Positions 37,818 to 45,562 of a DNA stretch of 45,562 nt are shown here, piece after piece. Every line of letters starts with the position of its first letter. The stretch's first letter is position 1. The position numbers and the translations under genes are program-made. The notes under the pieces are model-generated. The model ran no database searches. It was given only the letters and a program-made list of their open reading frames with translations, and was not told the origin of the DNA. Origin of the DNA: Ranitomeya imitator (lineage: Eukaryota); NCBI RefSeq assembly GCF_032444005.1, contig NC_091288.1, positions 14,570,001 through 14,615,562 of the forward strand, given 5' to 3'.

Positions 37818-38991
37818 GGCCTTTTTGGATGTTCTTGTCGTTATCCTTTATTAGTGACACGTTTTTAACTGTGTCAGTGTTTGATGTGACTTTGTGATAC
37901 TAAAAAATAAAAACAGTGTATCTGACACATTATGGATATCACGGTACCTTGTAGTATTCAATGATATATATATATATATATATATATAGTTTTTTTTCGT
38001 ACCCAGGTAGTTCTGGCTAAGTCCTTTAGCATGTACATATGTCTACAGTACATTTCGCACTCTGTGTATAAATGGCGTCGTACATTTATTTCTGTGTGCT
38101 GATGTTACTATCTATGACTTCCAAGTGATTCAAGCTATGTGATACCTGTGGTACCCATGCCTGTCAATGCGTACATTCCCATCCCATGAGTATTTGTTGG
38201 AGTATGTCCGATAACTCAGATAAGTTTGTGTTCGTTTGGGGCAATGGGTGGGCTAGTACCGGTGTAGTCTTCTATATGCTATTTTTATCTTGCTTCATTG
38301 GTGCTGTATTATACAGGTTTGTATTCACTCTGCTTACTGCCTATATGTCTGACCGCAGTTGCTCAGCATGACGATTCGCTGCAGGGCCATGGTGGTGGGT
38401 GCCGGCCTTTTTGGATGTTCTTGTCGTTATCCTTTATTAGTGACACGTTTTTAACTGTGTCAGTGTTTGATGTGACTTTGTGATACTAAAAAATAAAAAC
38501 AGTGTATCTGACACATTATGGATATCACGGTACCTTGTAGTATTCAATGATATATATATATATATATATATATAGTTTTTTTTCGTACCCAGGTAGTTCT
38601 GGCTAAGTCCTTTAGCATGTACATATGTCTACAGTACATTTCGCACTCTGTGTATAAATGGCGTCGTACATTTATTTCTGTGTGCTGATGTTACTATCTA
38701 TGACTTCCAAGTGATTCAAGCTATGTGATACCTGTGGTACCCATGCCTGTCAATGCGTACATTCCCATCCCATGAGTATTTGTTGGAGTATGTCCGATAA
38801 CTCAGATAAGTTTGTGTTCGTTTGGGGCAATGGGTGGGCTAGTACCGGTGTAGTCTTCTATATGCTATTTTTATCTTGCTTCATTGGTGCTGTATTATAC
38901 AGGTTTGTATTCACTCTGCTTACTGCCTATATGTCTGACCGCAGTTGCTCAGCATGACGATTCGCTGCAGGGCCATGGTGGTGGGTGCCGG
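37818..38991. repeat. 586-bp tandem duplication, 2 copies
   Basis: GGCCTTTTTGGATG at 37818 and 38404; identical ORF pairs offset by 586; both (AT)n tracts have the same length. Confidence 0.95.
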
Positions 38992-39448
38992 TCTTCGCGT
39001 GGGACCGTCTCTCCCATAGGTGTATGGTCGCCGTTGTCTCCTCCATTCAATACGCGGGTATACTTTTATATGTGAACCAGTTCACTTGAGTTTTTTCATA
39101 GGCGCGTTAGTATATAGTCAGTGCGCATGCGCCAGCCTTGTGGCTTTCAGCGCGCAGACACTCTGCTGCATGGGGATGAGGTTTCCGGGAGCTCATCGCA
39201 GGCGCGTTAGTGTGCAGGTCTATCGCGCCTAGTGCGCATGCGCCGCCCGGGGGGGGGGGGGGGGGGGTTTTTTTGCTTTCACACAGCTTTATTAGTTAGA
39301 CGCCGTCTTTCAGGACTAACAATATGGCCGCAGCCATCTCGCTCCATGTGCTTCTCCGCCGATGCCTTTGAACAGGTGAATACCATTTGTCTCATTAAGA
39401 TTTAGTTTATAGTCATGTCTAACATCCCACACAGCATGCTAACTTTTT

Positions 39449-39487
39449 CCCTGAGGAAGCCGCCACAGCTGCGGCGATACGCGTGGG
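39449..39487 (+). ncRNA. Degenerate minimal type I hammerhead ribozyme-like motif
   Basis: CC-CTGAGGA-A-GCCGC-loop-GCGGC-GATA-CGCG-T-GGG; the canonical core would have GAAA and NUH. Confidence 0.55.
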
Positions 39488-40427
39488 TTGCACCCCATAG
39501 CCCCTTTCCTTCTCTCCCATATTTCTTTCTCCCTCCTTTACCCGCACACGATCCGGTCTCTTATGTGCCTATGGATCTTTTGCAGTGTGGGCTTCTGCTT
39601 AATTTTGACATGTATGTGACCATCGTGCCCAACATGTTCTTTACCTAGGTGCAAGGAGCCTTTTTTCAGCAGCTGCCCAGGCATGGGATTGCACGTGCCG
39701 GTGAGCATTACATTTTGGCTGTTTTTGTAGGGCTATATGGTACTGTGATATCAAGTAGCGACATGCGCTTGTATGCACTGCATTGTCTCTACTGAGGTTG
39801 AGAATTTTTTTCATCTATATAGTGTATGTGATCGCGGAACTGTTTCTTGGGTCACCACGTTTGTGTACATATATATATTTCTGCTATCCTGGGAGAGGAT
39901 AGGGTTGTGGGTTGTCATTGTCCCTATATTAGGATATGACTGCTGTGTTTTTCTTTTTTGTCTGTTGCACTTTTAAATGTTTTTATTCTATGTTTTTTGT
40001 GTGTGGTATATTATCTTGTTGACATTTAATAAAAACTTTGCATTTTATTTATCGGTCTGAGGTGCTCCCATTTTTATGGACATGATCTTTTCTTTCTTTC
40101 TGGTCTAACGCCTCTGGAGGACCTGGCAAGTGTGTGAACTACATGGTATGTGCATTGAATGTCCGCTTAATGTCATGTCAACAGCGCCTCTACCAAAAAC
40201 TGATCATCAGCTCTGCCTGATCAGACGACACTGGTCGCTGCCCTCAGTCATTGGCTGCAGCCATGAAGTCGGTGCCACAGGCAGCAACAAACACTGGTAG
40301 CAGTGGCGGAGACTCGGCACTAAATCCGGGGAGGGTGCAGAAGGCAGAGTGTTTCCCCTAAACTAACTGCAGTTGGGGGAACAGCTTTCTTTTGTCTTAC
40401 GATCATAACGCCAGGCTGGTTACTCAC

Positions 40428-40538
40428 TTTTGGTGATCCTGAAGTGGGACCTTGCGACAGTCTGCTTGACTATATTTGGGGTCACGGTGCTCATTTTCCA
40501 CTTCATCAGTTTTCTTTGAGCCCAAGGCAACAGCTCCA
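40428..40538 (-). CDS. ttll4: ttll4 exon ((V)ELLPWAQRKLMKWKMSTVTPNIVKQTVARSHFRITK)
   Basis: 111 bp, AG/GTGAGT; matches human LPWEQRKLLRWKMSTVTPNIVKQT. Confidence 0.96.
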
Positions 40539-40676
40539 CTAGAAACACAGGAAGATACAGAAGTATGAACCTCAGGATACAGTCACTTCCATGGGATCTT
40601 GCTGTAATGTGCCTACATCTGTGCTTACCTCACATGGAAACATACCGGAAAAAGCAAAGAAATGGGAGGCAATATA

Positions 40677-42188
40677 CAGTGGGGAAAATAAGTATTTGGT
40701 AAACTGCCGATTTTGCAAATTTTCCCACCTACAAAGAATGGAGAGGTCTGTAATTTTTATCGTAGGTACACTTCACCTGAGAAACTAAAAATTCAGCAAA
40801 TCACATTGTATGATTTCATAATTCATTTGCATTTTATTATTGCATAAAATAAGTATTTGGTACAAGAGAAAAACAGAACTTAAACATTTGGTCCAGAAAT
40901 CTTTATTTGTAATGACAGAGGTCAGACATGCCCTGTAGGTCTTGACCAGGTTCACACACACTGCAGCAGTGATTTTGGCCCCCTCCTCCATACAGATCTT
41001 CTCCAGATTTCGGGGCTGTTGATGGACAACATTGAGTTTGAGCATCCTCCAAATATTTCCTATTAGGTTCAGGTCTGGAGACTGGCTAGGCCACTCCAGG
41101 ATCTTGAAATGCTTCTTAAAGAGCCACTACATTATTTGCTTTTGCTGTGTTTTGGGTCATTGTCATGCTGGAAGACCGAGCCCCAACCCATCTTCAATGC
41201 GCTAACTGGGGGAAGGAGATTGTTGGACAGATTCTTCCGATACATGACCACATCCATCCTCCCTTCAATACAGTGCAGTCACCCTGTCCCCTTTGCAGAA
41301 AAGCACTCCCAAAGTGTGATGTTTCCCCCACCATGCTTCACTGTTGGGACGGTATTCTTGGGGTTGTACTCATCCTTCTTCTTCCAAACATGGAAAGTGG
41401 AGGAGTAAATACCAAAAAGATCCATTTTGGTCTCATCTGACCACATGACCTTCTCCCATGCTTCCTCTGGATCATCCAGATGGTCATAGGTGAACTTCAA
41501 ACGTTCCTGGACATGAGCTGGCATGAGGACCTTGCGTGCCCTGCAGGAATTTAATCCATGATGGCATAGTGTTACTAACGGTAATGTTTGAGACTGATAC
41601 CAGCTCTCTTCAGGACGTTGATCAGGTCCTCCTGTGTAGTTCTGGACTGATTGCTGACCTTTCTCAGAATCATCCTTATCCCACAAGCCAACATCTTCCA
41701 TGGAGCCCCAGATTGAGAAAGATTGACATTCATCTTGTGTTTATTCCGTTTTCTAATAATTGTGCTAACAGTTGTTCCCTTCTCACCAGTCTGATGGGCT
41801 ACAGGACAATAGGCAATCACAGCCTTGTGCAGCTCTACAATTTTGTCCCGATGTCCTTAGACAGCTCTTAGGTCTTGGCCATGGTGGAGAGGTTGGAGTG
41901 TGAGGACAGTTGTCTTTTACACAGGTAACGAAGTTCAAACAGGTGCACTTAATACAGGTAATGAGTGCAGAGTAGGAGGCTTCTTACAGAAAAACTAACA
42001 GGTCTGTGAGACAGAATTTTTGCTGATTGGTCGGTGATCAAATCCTTATTTCATGCAATAAAATGCAATTTAATTATGTGAAAATCATACAATGTGATTT
42101 TCTGGATTTTATTTTTAGATTCTGTCTCTCACAGGTGAAGTGTACCTACAATAAATATTACAGACCTCTACATTCTTTGTAGGTGGGA
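40677..42188 (-). mobile_element. Decayed Tc1 transposon of a second family; transposase pseudogene about 40880-41882
   Basis: TA|CAGTGGGGAAAATAAGTATTT left TIR; right TIR lacks its outer end; MAKT*ELSKD start, [22 protein letters not shown]; stops and frameshifts. Confidence 0.9.
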
Positions 42189-42429
42189 GGGAAAAAAAAA
42201 AAAAAATACGGCAGAATATCAAATAATGTCATTTCTATTGAGGCAACATACTCCGCAGCACTTTACATTTTAAAGGGAACTTCAACAGACAAGGAAAGAC
42301 ATTACAGCATAACAATCACAGATACCAAGAAGAATGCGGGCCCGGCTACCCACAAGCTTAATCTATGAGGAAATAGGGGACACCCGAGAGGTGGATGGTA
42401 ACAACTGCTTTCATTATTCTGACCGACCA

Positions 42430-42659
42430 CAGGGCAATAAGTCGGGTGTTCATGTAATGCTGCAGAGATCCAGGAGAATTACAATGGAATAGTGACCAAT
42501 AGATTTAGCTGTTAGTAGATCATTAGAGACTTAAGTGAGGGCAGTTTCAGTGGAGTGTAAAGAGCGGAAACCAGATTGAAGAGGGTAAAGAAGAAAGTTA
42601 TCTGAGAGATAGCGGATTAGACGGGAGTGGACCAGGCATTACAGGAGTTTAGAGATTAA
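42430..42659 (-). mobile_element. L2 reverse transcriptase fragment
   Basis: Reverse strand reads [39 protein letters not shown]. Confidence 0.75.
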
Positions 42660-43015
42660 GGCCATGTGCACACATTGCGGAATGGGGTGCAAAGTTTTCT
42701 GCACAAAATCCGCATCTCCTGGCAGAAACAGCAGGTGCAGATTTGCCGCGGATTTGGTGGTTTTTATGCGGAATTGATGCAGATTTTCTGCAGTTTTTCG
42801 CAGTGCGGATTTCTATAATGGAAGGGTGCAGAAACGCTGCAGATCCACACAAAAGTGACATGCACTTCTTTTAAATCCGCAGCGTTTCCGCACAGCTTTT
42901 TTTTCCCCCCCCCATTGATTTACATTGTACTGTAAATCAGTGCGGAACTGCAGCGTTTCTGTGCAGAAAAATCCGCTGCGGATCTGCAATAAATCCGCAT
43001 CGTGTGCACATCGCC
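42660..43015. mobile_element. PIF/Harbinger-type MITE
   Basis: TAA target duplication on both sides (42657-59 and 43016-18); TIR GGCCATGTGCACAC / GTGTGCACATCGCC; palindromic interior. Confidence 0.85.
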
Positions 43016-43534
43016 TAAGGGAATACTTATTTTCTGCACTGTAGATAAGTCTGTGCGGGGCTCGTGTGCAGTCTATAGTCATGGAGAAATGTAAGATGGG
43101 GATTATGCACAAACTTTGTGTAGCTTCCTCTGGAGTTTTTTTTGTTTGTTTGTTTTTCCAGCGAGATGTAATTTTAGGTCTACGAACATATTTAGGCTCG
43201 GGCTACAAATGACAGCTAGTCTCAAGACAAGTACATGTAACTACACACGTTGGGGCACCTTGCTACGACTTGCTGTCGTGCAACCAAGATAGAGTTGCAA
43301 TTTAGCTGTAGGGGAAAAAAAAAACAAAAACAAAAACAAAAAAAAACACAACCCTATTACAGATGTGGTGAATGTCAATTCACAGCATAAAGTCCATGGA
43401 AGTAAAGTCAAGTGCAACTGGTGACCAGGAATCAAGCAGGTTTGGATTTTGTGCTACGATAGCAACAGACAAAAGTCGCCCCACAATGCCCCAGAGATGC
43501 AGCCATATAGGGCCAAGAGCTTACTTCTGTAACA

Positions 43535-44183
43535 TCTACTATATAATTGTCTAAGGGTCACTTCCGTCTTTCGGTCTGTCCTTCTGTCTGTCACAGATAT
43601 TCATTGGTCGAGGCCTCTGTCTGTCATGGAATCCAAGTCGCTGATTGGTCTCGCCAGCTACCTGTCATGGCTGCCGCGACCAATCAGCGACGGCCACAGT
43701 CCGATTAGTCCCTGCCTACTCCCCTGCGGTCAGCGCCCGGAGCCCTCTCCATACTCCCCGCAGTCACCGCTCACACAGGGTTAATGCCAGCAGTAACGGA
43801 CCGCGTAATGCCGCGGGTAACTCACTCCGTTACCGCCGCTATTAAGCCTGTGTGATTAAGTTTTTACTGTTGATGCTGCCTATGCAGCATCTAATGTTAA
43901 AAATAATAAAAAATCATTATATACTCACCTTTCGCGACGCTCCGGTGACCGCTCCATGCAAGCGGCAGGTTCCGGTGCCAAGGATGGTATGGGAGAAGGA
44001 CCTGCCATGACGTCACGGTCATGTGACCAAACTTCAAGGGGCCCTCGGAAGGCGAGTATATGCTTATTTTTTAACCTGTGACATACGTGGCTCTGTGCTG
44101 TATACTACGTGGGCTGTGCAATATACTACGTGGACATGCATATTCTTGAATACCCGATGCGTTAGAATCGGGCCACCATCTAG
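43535..44183 (+). mobile_element. Non-autonomous Helitron, copy 2
   Basis: A|TCTACTATATAATTG at the 5' end and hairpin CCCGAT/ATCGGG plus CTAG|T at the 3' end; inserted between A and T with no target duplication. Confidence 0.88.
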
Positions 44184-44209
44184 TGATGGATAAGAGCGCT
44201 GTATCTTAC

Positions 44210-44334
44210 CTTTTTCATCCGAGGTGGCAAAATAAATAGTGGGCGGTGTATTGGGAAACAGGCTTGGGGTGAGGGCAGGCCTCACATTGAAAGCCATATT
44301 GGAGTTCATCGGGTCCATGACGGGAGCACAATGC
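44210..44334 (-). CDS. ttll4: ttll4 exon (HCAPVMDPMNSNMAFNVRPALTPSLFPNTPPTIYFATSDEK)
   Basis: 125 bp, AG/GTAAG; matches human VRPALIYSLFPNVPPTIYF. Confidence 0.93.
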
Positions 44335-45041
44335 CTACAAATGAACAATGGCATTTTAGCTGATCGAAAACATTATTTCTCTGCCAAAAGTTACTAGAAG
44401 AAAGTGAAAAGTCCAAACATTTAAATTGTGTCCACATGTGATGAAATTCTTGTTGAGCCATTCCATAAGGCACATGAAAATCTGCAGTATGTAGTGTGAA
44501 TTTTACCACCGATTTCTTTGCAGAAACCAGCAGAGCTGAAAAATTAAACCAACATGCGAACCTCCTCGCATCTCAGGACTTGTGGACTGACCACAGCTCT
44601 GCAGTAAAATCTGCAACGATTGGGGTTTCTTGCAGATGTTGATTTCTCCTTTGAACTCAATGAGGAAAATATAACAGATACATGACAGGTTTGACGCCCG
44701 CACCACAGGTCCAGCCACTGCTCAGCAATGCGTGCATCATATTCTAATGGATGGAGGTACAACACTGTGTCCATGTGGCCGCTCCAGGTCTACAAGTGCC
44801 AAGATCGCAGCTCATACTTTAGCTAGTATATTCTGGTCTCTTTACAGAGAGCGGAGTGACATCAATATGTTCCTGCCAGGAGGCATGTAAGGTCATCAGG
44901 AATTGTGCATGTCTCCTGCTCTAATGGCAAGGAATGGGCGAATGATGTCTACCAACCACTCAGGGGTCTATCCAACATCATTAGCTCCAAAACAACCCTT
45001 TAAGCGAGAAAAGAAACCAATTCAGGTTACAATCCAAATAC

Positions 45042-45093
45042 CTGGAAACTTCTGCAAACGATGTAGTAGAGGGTGATTGGTCAATGCTGGGAT
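45042..45093 (-). CDS. ttll4: ttll4 exon ((D)PSIDQSPSTTSFAEVS)
   Basis: 52 bp, ttttattgcAG/GTATTT; phase 1 to phase 2 bridges the neighbouring exons exactly. Confidence 0.75.
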
Positions 45094-45208
45094 CTGCAAT
45101 AAAAGACGTTGAATATGTAATAGAAGAATATCAGGTCTGACCTCCATCGCGCCAGGAGAATGCATAGGTTCAGTTATGGGGCTGAAAGTGTAATCTGAAG
45201 ATACAAAC

Positions 45209-45300
45209 CTTCCTCATCCTCCTCTTCTTCCTGGCTGTCATCCAAGCCTTCAGGCAGCTCCTCCTCAACATCATCCATTTCAGAGTTTGGCACAGTAATG
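45209..45300 (-). CDS. ttll4: ttll4 acidic exon (ITVPNSEMDDVEEELPEGLDDSQEEEEDEE)
   Basis: 92 bp, AG/GT; resembles human EEELVDGLEDCCSRDENEEEE. Confidence 0.85.
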
Positions 45301-45562
45301 CTACGATGGGAAAAACATTAGGAAAAAGGAACGGACGCACCAACAGAAGAGCAGATGAAACCTTCTTGATGGCACAAAGTGAACTCTACTACAAGGAAAA
45401 TGGCAGCCCACTTTAGCAAAGGGGACACCAGCTGACTGGACCCCCAAAACCTGCAGTCACAGATGCATTGGACGACGGCAGTGTATCCATCACAGCATCT
45501 AGCAGAACTGTTCAGGATGGAAAAATAAGACCCTGGCGATGAGCAACATCTACAAGTAATGA

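Larger units (their letters stand above)
36850..40040 (+). mobile_element. Penelope-like retroelement, 3' part (GIY-YIG endonuclease and long T-rich 3' region), antisense in a ttll4 intron
   Basis: KHWEILL..RRARNLKD linker, CGNCNVC, NLVYALICSCPKVYIGQT, and RESRWIYDLKTTSPNGLNE* (stop at 37605); AATAAA near 40028; hammerhead-like motif at 39449. Boundaries are approximate. Confidence 0.75.

Noticed and set aside
45451-45507. Possible further ttll4 exon
   Set aside because: The AG/GT and phase fit, but the peptide shows no resemblance to TTLL4 and the donor is weak.

Overview
Vertebrate genomic DNA, most likely a frog (inferred from the repeat content), not prokaryotic: no CRISPR, rRNA or tRNA seen. 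Two host genes lie on the minus strand. ttll4 (tubulin polyglutamylase) has 15 exons reconstructed by hand with GT-AG boundaries and matching phases from 45300 to 25877, plus one probable and one tentative 3' exon; its 5' part lies beyond the right edge. prkag3-like (AMPK gamma) has its first three coding exons at 9581-9613, 4004-4049 and <1-59. Between and inside these genes are four large minisatellites (39, 47, 36 and 35 bp units), an intact DD34E Tc1 transposon inserted in the 35-bp array, a decayed Tc1, two non-autonomous Helitrons, Harbinger-type and TTAA-type MITEs, L2 fragments, and the 3' part of a Penelope-like element with a degenerate hammerhead motif and a perfect 586-bp tandem duplication. 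Most long ORFs in the track are repeat artefacts. I cannot support a wholly new biological system. The best leads are the intact Tc1, the Penelope hammerhead, an E-box/MEIS minisatellite in prkag3 intron 1, and a ttll4-prkag3 arrangement that differs from human. All family and homology calls are from memory, without database searches.
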